Positions 51,087 to 61,117 of a stretch of DNA of 64,000 bases are shown piece by piece; position 1 is the first letter of the stretch, and the number at the start of each line of letters is the position of its first letter. The notes beneath the pieces are model-generated. The model ran no database searches. It saw nothing but the letters and a program-made list of their open reading frames with translations, and was not told where the DNA came from. This stretch comes from Candidatus Sigynarchaeum calidifontis (GTDB lineage: Archaea; Asgardarchaeota; Lokiarchaeia; Sigyniarchaeales; Sigyniarchaeaceae). The position numbers and the translations under genes were made by a program. The DNA lies in NCBI GenBank assembly GCA_030587475.2, contig JAUQYZ020000230.1:1-64000 (forward strand), written 5' to 3'.

Positions 51087-54000
51087 ATGCCTTCCAATCT
51101 CCGAGTGAACAAGAAACCATCCGTCGTCATAGTTTCCTCGATGGTATGCACCCGGAACTTGATCGACGCAGCTGCCACCGTTCGAGAGCAGCTGGGAAGC
51201 GTGTTTGATATTTCCGTTTTTTTCGTGAACGATGTCGAAACAGGAGTCGTTTCTAAATCAACATTCGTTACTGCCATTCATGATGCCAATGTCTTGATGA
51301 TCGACATTCGCGGGAACAATCTCGCCGCGGAACTCATCGTTGAAACCTATGAGGCAATGGAACGCGATGAACCAGCTTTGTTCAAGGAAAAAAGCATCGT
51401 TTCGCTTGTCGGGGGCAATGAGGAAATCAGGCGCTTGACCAAGCTCGGGCCTTTTATGGCCCGATCTATCCCATCGAAAAAGAAAAGCGAGTTGGGGATG
51501 GACGGTATTCCAGATCTTTCGGATCTCGTCAAGAAAGGCATACGGATCGGGCAAATGATGAAGTCCGCGGGAAAATACTTGCCGGTCGGTTCGCTCAAGC
51601 ACGCGCGCAACTGGATGCTGCTCATGGATTATTGGGCTTATGGCCACGCGGGCGTTCGCCAGAACCTCGAGAACATGTTCAAGCTGGTCCTCCGAGACTA
51701 TCTTGGCCACGAATACCTCGAGGTGCCCGAGCCTCAGAAATTCCCTCCTATCGGTATATACGACCCTCGTGACAATCGATATTATGCATCCACCGAGGAG
51801 TACCATCGCGCCCACGTTCCCGACCCCACCAAGCAGACCGTCGGTTTCTTCTTTTATGGGGGTATTTATTTCGAACAGACGCTGCCCGTGCTGGAATCAT
51901 TCATGGAAAAGCTATCAGATTACAATCTTATTCCCGTATTTTCGGAATCTTTGGAAAATATCCACGCGCACGAGAAGTTTTTCTTTAAAGATGGCGTGCC
52001 GATCGTCAACGCTGTCATCAACCTTCAATATTTCCAGATAAATGGTGGTCCATTCGGAGGTGACAATGCGCGCACGCTTGCATTGTATCGGCGGGAAAAC
52101 GTTCCACAATTTAATCCGGTAATTTTATTTGACTCGAAAAGAGAAGAATACGAAGCCTCCACGAAGGGTACTATCCCGATCAACCAGGTCATCGCTGTAG
52201 TGATGCCCGAGCTCGACGGCCGGATCGAGATGCTCGCGGCCGGAACAATGCAAGACAAGGGGATTCCTGATGGAGAACAGCTTCCCGTTTTGGAAGTCGG
52301 TCCTATCGAGGAAAACATCACCATCATCGCGAAGCGGGTCAGAAAATGGCTTGACCTCCGTGCAAAGTCAAATAGTGAAAAGAAAATTGCCATAATCCTC
52401 TATGATTATCCTCCTGGTGAAGCAAAGCTCGCGAGTGCTAGTTATTTGGATGTTCCAAGTTCCATCAAACGATTGCTAGCTTTGCTCGCACGCGAGGGAT
52501 TTATTACTTTCCCCTTGCCTGATGGAAAGGAAATTCAAGACATTCTTATGGAATCAGGAGCCATCAACTCCCCGAAGCACGTAGACGTGAAGGATTACAA
52601 GGGCATTTCCATCGATGCCCAACAATATAGCGAGCTCCTTGCATCGTTACCAAGCGAGACCCGCCAACGTGTCATCGACGCATGGGGCCCTCCTCCTGGT
52701 TCCATCATGGTCAAGGATGGCCGCATTCGTCTTCCCATCTTGCAATTTGGTAATGTCTATATTTGCTTGCAACCAGCCCGCAGCGAGGTGACTGGGGATC
52801 CGGTCGAATATCATGACAAAGATAAACCTCCCCATCACCAGTATGTCGCGTTGTATCGATATTTGGATGAGGTCGTCGATGTCGACGCCATCATCCATTT
52901 CGGTACCCATGGAACTCTTGAATTCTTGCCCGGGAAGGAATGCCTCGGCAACGTGAGGGATGATAACATTGCACTGCTCGGGCGGATCCCGAACATCTAC
53001 ATCTATCACGTGGGTAACACGAGCGAGTCAGCCATCGCGAAGCGACGTTCGAACGCGGTCATCATCAACCACGCTGGTCCAGCGTTCGAATCCTATAACT
53101 TGAATCCAGACTTGCTCCAACTAGAAGACCTGGTGAACGAATGGCAAGACGCGCGCTCATCGAACGGAAAACAAGATGAAGGATTGCTCGATAACATCCG
53201 AGAGATCGCTCGAAGAATAGGCATCGAATACTCATCGATGGCGGAACTGGAGGCGTTGATCCCCCGGTACAAGCTCGCGGCAGTTCCGATCGGCCTCCAC
53301 GTGCTCGGGGAAACGTTCACGGTCGGAGAACGTAAAAAATTAATCACGCGTGCACTTCTAGACTCGGTCGAAGCCCCAACCGCGATAGACGCCGTGATCA
53401 ACAGGTTTGGTAAGAATGAGCATGCCGTGTTGCACGAGATCGAGCCCGTGGTCGAATCGATCATCACCAACAACATGGCTCCACCAGGTAGCAAAGGATA
53501 TACAGAGATGGCGAAAAAACTGGGAATTGGGGAAAAGGATCTGGAGCAACTAGCAAGATGGGTCGCAGATCTGTCGGCACGCATGGAAGATTCCTACGAG
53601 GAACGTAATATCATCCGGGCCCTAGAAGGCGGGTATATCGAACCTGGATTCGGTGGAGACCCCATCCGTACCCCCTCGATATTCCCGACGGGGCGAAACT
53701 CGTTTGGTTTTGATCCACGCTTGATCCCGAGTTCCATCGCTTTTAAGCGCGGCGAGGAAATCGCCAATCGCCTTCTACAGCAGTATAAAGATGAGCATGG
53801 CACGTGGCCAGAGACGACAAGCGTTGTCCTCTGGGGTTTCGAGACCATGAAAACTGGTGGTGAAACCGTCGGGCAGATATTTAGTTATATGGGCGTTAAA
53901 CCCGTCAAGAAGAAGTCAGTATGGACGACCGAGCTCGAAATCATCCCGCTCGCCGAGCTTGGTCACCCGAGAATCAACGTGGTCGTGACAATCTGTGGTA

Positions 54001-54863
54001 TTTTCCGAGATACGTTCCCGTATATCCTTGATCTGATAAACCGGGCCATCGAGCTGGTCTCGAACCTGGACGAACCTGTCGACCAAAACTACGTGAAAAA
54101 AGCCACGCTTGATCTCGAAGCCCGGCACGTGCAACATCCGATTGCACGCATCTTTGGTCCATCGCCAAGTAGGTACAACACGAACATCACGGAGATCATC
54201 AATGCCGGCGCCTGGAAAGAGGAAGGAGAACTAGCGACCAATTACATCGAAACGATGGGATTCGCCTACTTGAAAAATCAAGAGGTCGAGGCCGCAAAGG
54301 ACGCGTTCGCAGCCCAGGTGACCCGCATCGAGCTGTTATCACAAGTTCGCGATAGCAACGAATTCCACGTGACCGACTTGGATCATTATTACGAGTTCAC
54401 CGGTGGCTTGGCACGGGCCCGCGAGCATCTCGCGGGCTCTAGGGCAAGCGTCTTTATCGCAGACACGTCACGGAAGCGGATCACCGTCGAAACCATTGAC
54501 AAGAGCATTAACGAAGGTGCGGTGACCAGGACACTCAATCCCACGTGGATCCACGGGATGCTCAAGCACAAGCACAGCGGCGGGCAGAAGATTGCTGAAC
54601 GCGTCGAGAATTTTCTTGGTATGGCTGCCACGACCCATGAGGTTAGCGAATGGATCTGGGACAAGACATACGCGCAGTACATCGAGAACGAGGAGATACG
54701 AGCCGCGTTGATCGAGAACAACCGGTTCGCCATGATGGACGTCGTGAAGACCATACTGCAAGCCAGCCAGCGAGGTTACTGGAACGCGAGCGACGAGCAG
54801 ATCGACACGTTGAAGAAATTATATCTGGAAATGGAGAGTTGGCTTGAAATCACGTATCAATAG
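51087..54863 (+). CDS. Class I chelatase large subunit (CobN/ChlH family)
   Basis: MPELDG, YDYPPG, PPHHQY, HFGTHGTLEFLPGK, PTGRN, VLWG.ET, GIFRD, TDLDHYYE and LNPTWI.GM motifs. Confidence 0.95.
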   Translation: MPSNLRVNKKPSVVIVSSMVCTRNLIDAAATVREQLGSVFDISVFFVNDVETGVVSKSTFVTAIHDANVLMIDIRGNNLAAELIVETYEAMERDEPALFKEKSIVSLVGGNEEIRRLTKLGPFMARSIPSKKKSELGMDGIPDLSDLVKKGIRIGQMMKSAGKYLPVGSLKHARNWMLLMDYWAYGHAGVRQNLENMFKLVLRDYLGHEYLEVPEPQKFPPIGIYDPRDNRYYASTEEYHRAHVPDPTKQTVGFFFYGGIYFEQTLPVLESFMEKLSDYNLIPVFSESLENIHAHEKFFFKDGVPIVNAVINLQYFQINGGPFGGDNARTLALYRRENVPQFNPVILFDSKREEYEASTKGTIPINQVIAVVMPELDGRIEMLAAGTMQDKGIPDGEQLPVLEVGPIEENITIIAKRVRKWLDLRAKSNSEKKIAIILYDYPPGEAKLASASYLDVPSSIKRLLALLAREGFITFPLPDGKEIQDILMESGAINSPKHVDVKDYKGISIDAQQYSELLASLPSETRQRVIDAWGPPPGSIMVKDGRIRLPILQFGNVYICLQPARSEVTGDPVEYHDKDKPPHHQYVALYRYLDEVVDVDAIIHFGTHGTLEFLPGKECLGNVRDDNIALLGRIPNIYIYHVGNTSESAIAKRRSNAVIINHAGPAFESYNLNPDLLQLEDLVNEWQDARSSNGKQDEGLLDNIREIARRIGIEYSSMAELEALIPRYKLAAVPIGLHVLGETFTVGERKKLITRALLDSVEAPTAIDAVINRFGKNEHAVLHEIEPVVESIITNNMAPPGSKGYTEMAKKLGIGEKDLEQLARWVADLSARMEDSYEERNIIRALEGGYIEPGFGGDPIRTPSIFPTGRNSFGFDPRLIPSSIAFKRGEEIANRLLQQYKDEHGTWPETTSVVLWGFETMKTGGETVGQIFSYMGVKPVKKKSVWTTELEIIPLAELGHPRINVVVTICGIFRDTFPYILDLINRAIELVSNLDEPVDQNYVKKATLDLEARHVQHPIARIFGPSPSRYNTNITEIINAGAWKEEGELATNYIETMGFAYLKNQEVEAAKDAFAAQVTRIELLSQVRDSNEFHVTDLDHYYEFTGGLARAREHLAGSRASVFIADTSRKRITVETIDKSINEGAVTRTLNPTWIHGMLKHKHSGGQKIAERVENFLGMAATTHEVSEWIWDKTYAQYIENEEIRAALIENNRFAMMDVVKTILQASQRGYWNASDEQIDTLKKLYLEMESWLEITYQ

Positions 54864-55004
54864 TATACTTGTACGATTGTGCGATTTTTTCCACGAACAT
54901 CCGAGCTATTTCTTTAATTCGATAATCATGGCCAAACGGCTTGATGATAAAGAAGAAAAATTGAAAAAATAGACACTCAACCCGGTTTCCATCGATATAG
55001 CAAA

Positions 55005-55373
55005 TTATCCGATGATGACTTGGGCTTTTTTTGCCTTACTTGGAATCTTGACCAACATCGCCGACACGATGACGATTATTGCCCAGACACCAACGATAGC
55101 AAATAGCATCGATGTTCCGAGCGTTGCCATCTCATAGAACATGACCGCGGCATCCGCTGGATCATTCATTGCAGTCAAGAACGGAAAGAAGGGAACAATT
55201 TCTTGGTGGGCAACATGTTCTAGCGCAAGCATGATGACCCCGCCCCAGAGTAACAGGCTGAGAACCCCCAACTTGTATTTATCTATCACTGATTGTTTTC
55301 CCACGCGTCGGAGGGTAATATCGATAGGTATCAAGACGATGGCTAATGCCATCGGAACAAGAAAGCAGGCCAT
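55005..55373 (-). CDS. Uncharacterised small membrane protein (MACFLVP... LWGG...EH family)
   Basis: Three TMs; LLWGGVIMLALEHVAHQEIVPFFPFLTAM. Confidence 0.8.
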   Translation of the reverse strand: MACFLVPMALAIVLIPIDITLRRVGKQSVIDKYKLGVLSLLLWGGVIMLALEHVAHQEIVPFFPFLTAMNDPADAAVMFYEMATLGTSMLFAIVGVWAIIVIVSAMLVKIPSKAKKAQVIIG

Positions 55374-55379
55374 AGTTGT

Positions 55380-55688
55380 TCAGCTCCGTACATGTTGCAT
55401 TTTTACTTTGGATACGAGGACTGCCAATTCCCAAATTGCAAAAACGGGGATGAGCATCGAGATACCGAGGATAAATCCATCCGCAATCAGACCATCTGTC
55501 GTGAATTCAATAAACGGGCTGGCGAAATCATATCCCCAAATATGATCGACAAGTATCATCACTGATGCACCCCATAGCATAACCGCTAACCAATCGAGCT
55601 TATACGTCTTCGGATTTGGTAAAGCAAGGTACACGGCTGTGACTGCCAAGGCAGCAATCAAGGTCGTTATGAGCCACACGTTTTTCAT
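55380..55688 (-). CDS. Uncharacterised small membrane protein (LWGA...DH), related to its downstream neighbour
   Basis: Three TMs; YKLDWLAVMLWGASVMILVDHIW parallels YKLGVLSLLLWGGVIMLALEHVA. Confidence 0.8.
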   Translation of the reverse strand: MKNVWLITTLIAALAVTAVYLALPNPKTYKLDWLAVMLWGASVMILVDHIWGYDFASPFIEFTTDGLIADGFILGISMLIPVFAIWELAVLVSKVKMQHVRS

Positions 55689-55700
55689 CTCGGAGAAGGG

Positions 55701-55732
55701 GAGTATTACGTCCCGTGAAAATCGTAATACTC
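55701..55732. promoter_or_regulatory. Perfect inverted repeat, putative NikR operator
   Basis: GAGTATTACG-N12-CGTAATACTC (core GTATTA-N16-TAATAC; compare E. coli GTATGA-N16-TCATAC), starting 13 nt upstream of the ATG at 55688. Confidence 0.75.
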
Positions 55733-56413
55733 ACGGTCTTCCAAGTTCCGTTCCAATTTAAAATTATAGATCCTCTGCCCAGTTCTCTTGCCTTCGATCG
55801 ATCTCACGAATACCCGGATCAAGATGCTGGCGCCGTACATCAACACGATCACGGGAGACATGATAACTGCCTATTGAATCCGGGAACGTTTTCATTTTAT
55901 GAACCCATTTTCGCTCTGGATCCGCGCACGATAAATTCGGTTAGAGATTGTCTGTAAGCGATTGCAAAAACCGGGAAAATGGTCATTCAAACCACTTATG
56001 ATCTTCAGATCATCGACGCGACCTATGACCGTTCTTCATTTTTTAACACGAATTCCCATCTCGTTGTATATAGAATTACACGTGACATTTTGAAGAATCC
56101 AAAATTGTTCATAAGCATAAAACTTGTTGAAAAACATTATTCCAATTATCACGAAAAATATTATGGCCGGGTTAATGCTATCACGTTCATTTTCACCTAT
56201 GAACATCTTTTTTTCTTGAGAGTGCACAAATTGAATGGCATCCCGCATAAACGAAGGTTTTACTTCCCCGTGTCGAAGATTATCGAAGAAAACTAATTCG
56301 GTAATCAAAATGGATATATGGACTCCCTCCTTTTGTGGACAAAAACCACTTGCGGTCGGAATCATTCTTGCACGGCACATAGCAATCCTTATATTTGAAG
56401 CCGGGGGCTGGAA

Positions 56414-56959
56414 ATGCAAGAAACAAGACGGGAACTCGCGAAAGAATCCTATCTTTCCGAGGTTGCTTCGATCATCATCAATATTTTTGTCGGGCTCTGT
56501 TTAACGTTGTTGATCTTGCCGCGACAGAGTTTCGGGCAGATCGTGCTCATGGTACCCGCCATGATTTCGACGAGGGGAAACATTTCTGGATCTTTTTCTG
56601 CGCGCACGGCTCGCGATCTGGTCATTGGTTCCTTCAGGCAAAACCATCACGAGAATATCTTATCCACGGTCGTGCTTACCATTGTCACAAGCGAGGTGAT
56701 CGGTGGCTTGAGCTTGTGCATCGCCCTTTTGCTCAAACCAGGCTCTCTTTTACCCGTGCATTGTTTTTTATTGCTTCCACTCATTACCATGCTTCTAACC
56801 GTAGTGGTATCCATCCCGATTTCCACGGGCTTGAACACCATCGCTTTCAAGAAGGGGTTGAACCCGAGTAACGTGGTCCCACCAATCATGACCAGCGTGG
56901 ACGACATTCTCGTGGTCGTGAACATGTTCATCGCTCTCGTAATATTGGGGGTGCCTTGA
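56414..56959 (+). CDS. MgtE/SLC41 integral membrane domain protein (half 1)
   Basis: PAMISTRGNISG...AR and GLNPSNVVPPIMTSVDD motifs. Confidence 0.85.
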   Translation: MQETRRELAKESYLSEVASIIINIFVGLCLTLLILPRQSFGQIVLMVPAMISTRGNISGSFSARTARDLVIGSFRQNHHENILSTVVLTIVTSEVIGGLSLCIALLLKPGSLLPVHCFLLLPLITMLLTVVVSIPISTGLNTIAFKKGLNPSNVVPPIMTSVDDILVVVNMFIALVILGVP

Positions 56960-57513
56960 TGCTGTCCTATTTTAAAAAGATCGTCCGAGAATCGAGCGGC
57001 GTGCTGATCGCTTGCACGGTCATCACGATGGTGTGCGGGATTGCTCTTTCCGAGAGCGATGAATTGCTCTCTGCTATCCCTTTTCTCGTCTTGATCATGC
57101 CCGCCCAGAATGACGTCGTGGGTGACATGTGCCAGGTGCTCGTGGGCAGGCTGGCTTCGCATCTCTATATTGGGCTCGTTCCAGCACGGCTGTCGTTCAC
57201 GCCTCGCGTCCGATACGATTTCCAGTCTCTTTTCGTGGCATTGTTGTTAAGCGTATCGACCTTGCTCGCGGTGAACGTGATCGTTGCCACGATTTCCGGG
57301 ATCGAGTTCGGTAACTTTTATAAAATCATCTTCGTCGTCTTCACCGCTGCCACCTTGTTATTTTCCATCATGTTCATCGTGCTCTTCACCGGTGCTATTT
57401 ATATCTTCAAGCATAACAAGGACCCGAACAATTTTTTAATCCCGATCACGACTTCATTGATCGACACGCTTTCTCCCATCTTCGTAGTATTGCTCGCGAG
57501 TATCGTCTTGTGA
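56956..57513 (+). CDS. MgtE/SLC41 integral membrane domain protein (half 2)
   Basis: P...DVVGD...GRLASHL and DPNNFLIPITTSLID motifs. Confidence 0.85.
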   Translation: MMLSYFKKIVRESSGVLIACTVITMVCGIALSESDELLSAIPFLVLIMPAQNDVVGDMCQVLVGRLASHLYIGLVPARLSFTPRVRYDFQSLFVALLLSVSTLLAVNVIVATISGIEFGNFYKIIFVVFTAATLLFSIMFIVLFTGAIYIFKHNKDPNNFLIPITTSLIDTLSPIFVVLLASIVL

Positions 57514-57541
57514 AACATGCGGGCGTGGAGGCACACGAGAA

Positions 57542-58786
57542 ATGTCCAAATTAAAGAAAAAATTCAAACCAGCCCCGATATCCCTCAAAGAAATATTGCA
57601 CGAAATGAAGACGAGCGTCGACGTCATGTTCGACCTTGCCTTTAGTGCCATCCTTTTCCAGAGCAAGGAAATCACGGAAGAGGCTGTAAATATCGACGAT
57701 CGCGTCCACGAGCTAACTGACCTGCTTGGCTACCAAGTCCTTCAAGCCAAGATAGGCCATTTTTCCGAATCGCGCAAGCTGGAGCCCGTCATCACGCTCG
57801 GCTATGCCATTGACAAGATATCCGAGGCACTTTCCGACATCGCGAAAGTCGTGCGCTTGAATGGCCACCTCGCGCAATTTTTCCAGCTTTGCTGGAAGGC
57901 TGATCCTGAACCCATCATCAAGGTTGCCGTGTCCAGTGAGACCGCTTTCTGTGGCAAGAAATGGGACGACATCCCGTTCAAGGCGGATTACGGCGTGGAT
58001 GTCATTGCCATCTACCATGAGAAAAAATGGATTTTCGATGAAAAAGCGATCATCAATAAGGGAGACATCCTCATTGTTTCGGGGGAACTTCCTGCACTCG
58101 CCGAATTCAAGAAGATCTGCAAGAGCGAAGAACCCATTTCCTTCGACTTGGAACGCAAGCAACCGATCGACTTGTTCGATCCCAACGACGAAAAAACGAT
58201 GGCAGTCGTTAAGCGCTTGAAGGAAAATTACGTGAGAATCACTGATATGTCGGAAACGATAGTTGACCTCGCTTTCGCGTCATTATTTTTTGGCAATCTC
58301 GAGATTGCCGAGGATGTAATAGATCAAGAACATTTCATAGATAACTTGATCGTTGATTTGGAGCGAGACATACTCACGCTTGCAAAAATGATTCCCGTGC
58401 CGGAGCGCCTGCTTGGACTCATGCGCATCGTGTTCTCGTGCGAGCTGATCTCCGACGCGGCTTCAAGCATCGCCGAAAATCTCCTCAAGGGATTTGAGCC
58501 CCACGAGGTGATCGTCGCAGCGTTTAGCGAGGCCTGGGATGTCGCCGTTCGGGAGGTCTTGGCGCCCGGTTCATTCCTCAAAGGAAAGACCGTCGCGGAG
58601 GTACACGTGCCAAAGCATTCCAAGGGTTTTCATATCATCGCCATCAAGCGAGACAACGACTGGATCTACGACATCAAGATGGATTTCAAACTCCGCGCAG
58701 GAGACATCGTGATCGGCATCGGTCCCAAGGAACAGATCAATTTCTGGCGGACGCAAGTCAATCCAAATGCCGATGTGGATGATTGA
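57542..58786 (+). CDS. PhoU + TrkA-C (RCK_C) tandem-domain protein
   Basis: Two repeats of a PhoU-like MK....MFDLAFSA...E.ISD segment, each followed by RCK_C (G.DVIAI...W...GDILI). Confidence 0.85.
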   Translation: MSKLKKKFKPAPISLKEILHEMKTSVDVMFDLAFSAILFQSKEITEEAVNIDDRVHELTDLLGYQVLQAKIGHFSESRKLEPVITLGYAIDKISEALSDIAKVVRLNGHLAQFFQLCWKADPEPIIKVAVSSETAFCGKKWDDIPFKADYGVDVIAIYHEKKWIFDEKAIINKGDILIVSGELPALAEFKKICKSEEPISFDLERKQPIDLFDPNDEKTMAVVKRLKENYVRITDMSETIVDLAFASLFFGNLEIAEDVIDQEHFIDNLIVDLERDILTLAKMIPVPERLLGLMRIVFSCELISDAASSIAENLLKGFEPHEVIVAAFSEAWDVAVREVLAPGSFLKGKTVAEVHVPKHSKGFHIIAIKRDNDWIYDIKMDFKLRAGDIVIGIGPKEQINFWRTQVNPNADVDD

Positions 58787-58840
58787 TCTCGCTTTTTGAT
58801 GATGCGTGAAAGTTTAACCCGCGAATTCCTTCTTTTTCCC

Positions 58841-59368
58841 ATGGATGACCAACCTAGCGTTGATGACCTCTTGCGGCAAGGCTATGCGGAAGTGATCCGG
58901 GATTTTCCCTTGCCCGCATCTGAGCACGTGTGCTTCGGATGTTCCCCGACAAACCCGATCGGCATGAAGATGCATTTCTATGGCAAGCCTGGCGAGCCAG
59001 AAGTCGTAACCCGGCATGTTGTCGGTGATAATTACTGCGGGTTTCCTGCATACGCGCACGGTGGCATCATTGCCTTGATGTTCGACGAGATCCTCGCCTA
59101 TGCCTCCTACCACGTTCATCACCAGTTCGGCATGACGAAATCCCTGAGCGTGCAGTTCCACAAGCCCGTGGCCACGGGGAAGACCCATTTCATCAAAGCT
59201 CGCGTGTTAGAATCAAAAGAACGCCCCAACAAGGGGTATGACGTTTCCATCGAAGCTACGCTCCACCCGGGAACCGACGCAACGGCCAAGCCATGCGCGA
59301 GCGCCACGGGTGTCTACGTCGTTCTAGCAGAGCAACGGCTCCTGAAAAACCTAAAGCAATCCACGTAG
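58841..59368 (+). CDS. PaaI/hotdog-fold thioesterase
   Basis: CFGCSPTNPIG and YCGFP.YAHGGIIALMFDE motifs. Confidence 0.88.
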   Translation: MDDQPSVDDLLRQGYAEVIRDFPLPASEHVCFGCSPTNPIGMKMHFYGKPGEPEVVTRHVVGDNYCGFPAYAHGGIIALMFDEILAYASYHVHHQFGMTKSLSVQFHKPVATGKTHFIKARVLESKERPNKGYDVSIEATLHPGTDATAKPCASATGVYVVLAEQRLLKNLKQST

Positions 59369-59408
59369 CGAAGAAGAATTCGATGTTTATCGAACCGTTC
59401 TTGAACTG

Positions 59409-59443
59409 CTCATTCCTTTTGGAATGAGGGAAGGCATTCCTTC
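59409..59443. terminator. Twin hairpins between convergent genes
   Basis: CTCATTCC-TTTT-GGAATGAG followed by GAAGG-CATT-CCTTC. Confidence 0.4.
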
Positions 59444-59514
59444 TGTATCTTGAAGGGTATCATTGAAGATGAGAGAACACGGGCTTTTTTTTTTCGGCTG
59501 GGTAAAACACAACA

Positions 59515-60933
59515 CTATTTTTCCCACAAGTAAATACATTTTCTCACCTCCTCCTTTCCGAAAGCACCCATCTGCTGGCTGCTATTTCCCTTGCCTGTTG
59601 GCAATTTGTCAATCTTCTTTAATCTCAGCCCCGCTTTTAGTGCAAACTCCGTGAGGATTAGATCAACTGGAATTACAACACCAGCAAATCGAACATTATC
59701 GTTTACATAGTAGATTTTTCCAGAGGTTTTCAAAACCCGAGCAAGTTCGAACATTATAAACGCGTGTTCGAGGAAATAATTATAGATCAATCTGAGAACA
59801 TTTGGATTATTTAACTGCTTTTTCGCTTTCAGATCTTCAAAATGGGAGATGATTGCTTTTAAAACTTCATTATTCTGAAATGTATTCAATGCTTTATTGA
59901 AAATTTCCATTTTATTGTTTTGAACATATATATTCTTGATGAAATCGAGCTTCTCTTTGTTTTCTACAGTACATGATAAGAGATTCTGCCTCAAGGCACT
60001 CAAAGCACTCTCATCGACTCCTAGAAATGCCAGTTCTAGGGCATACACTCTTGTATAATCGTACCTGTTCAAGTAAGGTGGAGATGTAATGATCAAATCG
60101 ATGGAACCATCTGGAATCGTCGGCAAGATCTGAAAATTTGATCCATGCTTGAGTTCCATTGAGTTTAATTTCCCTTTATTATGTACTGAATAGAATGATT
60201 GCAGATCCTCGATCATGCATGCAATTTGCGTGTACAATGCCTTTTCAAAGTCAAGTATTTTATTCTTGGTATATTCTGCCTTGGGTTTTCCAGATCGAGT
60301 ATCCCATCGTAAGAATTGTCCTGCTTTTTCAGTATAACTAACTTTTTCAAGAATCGATAAACAAACGAATTTAAGAATTTCTTGTAATGCCGGATCAGTT
60401 ATCACGTTTTTTATGTAAAAACGAAATGCGTTGATTTTTCTTTCTGTTTCAGGAGAAAAAGCCTTATCAGTAATTCTAACATGCTTAAAATTGGTCTCCT
60501 CGGATATTGGCATCTCCGCGAAATTTAGATCCTTTATTTGTCTTAGCAACCCCTTTAATACTTCTACGTCCATTTGTTCCGCTAGTAATCGAGCCTTAAA
60601 TACAAATGGTCCCACGGGTAGCAATTCAATCCCAATTGAATCAAGCCCTCGCTCACGAGCACAGAATAACGTTGTACCAAGACCTGCAAAGGGATCAAGT
60701 AAAACGCCGTTTGTAATGCCCGAATCTGTAATAAGATGGTTTACAAGTTTTGATGAAAAACCCTCTTGATACCTGTACCATCTGTAAAACGGCGCATTTT
60801 TATTTGCTTGTGAACTCACAAGTTGGCGATTTAGATTTGCATTTAAATGAATGAAATCCTGGTACCGGTCCTCCATCTCTTTGAGTAAACCTAAAAGGTG
60901 ATCGGAAACTTTAATATCGCTCGAGGTTTTCAT
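59515..60933 (-). CDS. Alpha-class N4-cytosine DNA methyltransferase (AT-rich, apparently orphan)
   Basis: Motif I DPFAGLGTT precedes the catalytic ITSPPY; C-terminal GKGNSSQQMG recalls the M.AvaI/M.BsoBI-like family (from memory). Confidence 0.88.
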   Translation of the reverse strand: MKTSSDIKVSDHLLGLLKEMEDRYQDFIHLNANLNRQLVSSQANKNAPFYRWYRYQEGFSSKLVNHLITDSGITNGVLLDPFAGLGTTLFCARERGLDSIGIELLPVGPFVFKARLLAEQMDVEVLKGLLRQIKDLNFAEMPISEETNFKHVRITDKAFSPETERKINAFRFYIKNVITDPALQEILKFVCLSILEKVSYTEKAGQFLRWDTRSGKPKAEYTKNKILDFEKALYTQIACMIEDLQSFYSVHNKGKLNSMELKHGSNFQILPTIPDGSIDLIITSPPYLNRYDYTRVYALELAFLGVDESALSALRQNLLSCTVENKEKLDFIKNIYVQNNKMEIFNKALNTFQNNEVLKAIISHFEDLKAKKQLNNPNVLRLIYNYFLEHAFIMFELARVLKTSGKIYYVNDNVRFAGVVIPVDLILTEFALKAGLRLKKIDKLPTGKGNSSQQMGAFGKEEVRKCIYLWEK

Positions 60934-61117
60934 CTTGAAGCACGAAACGACGATCGATAAAACGCGATCGTATAAGTAGTTGAAGAATTCATAGATAATA
61001 ACCCGTGTTTAATGCCACGGTATTAACCAACATGACATTCTGTCATTTGGCAAATCATAATGCTAAGCATGGCAGAACATCATTATCATCAATCATCAAG
61101 CAAAGCATGTTCCATCT

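Noticed and set aside
49061-54863. Chlorophyll/bacteriochlorophyll synthesis (Mg chelatase)
   Set aside because: No other photosynthesis genes; archaeal context; regulatory context points to nickel.
55715-56419. AT-rich ORFs 55715..55957, 55979..56296 and 56036..56419
   Set aside because: Overlapping alternatives without motifs in a divergent promoter region; a small real gene cannot be excluded.
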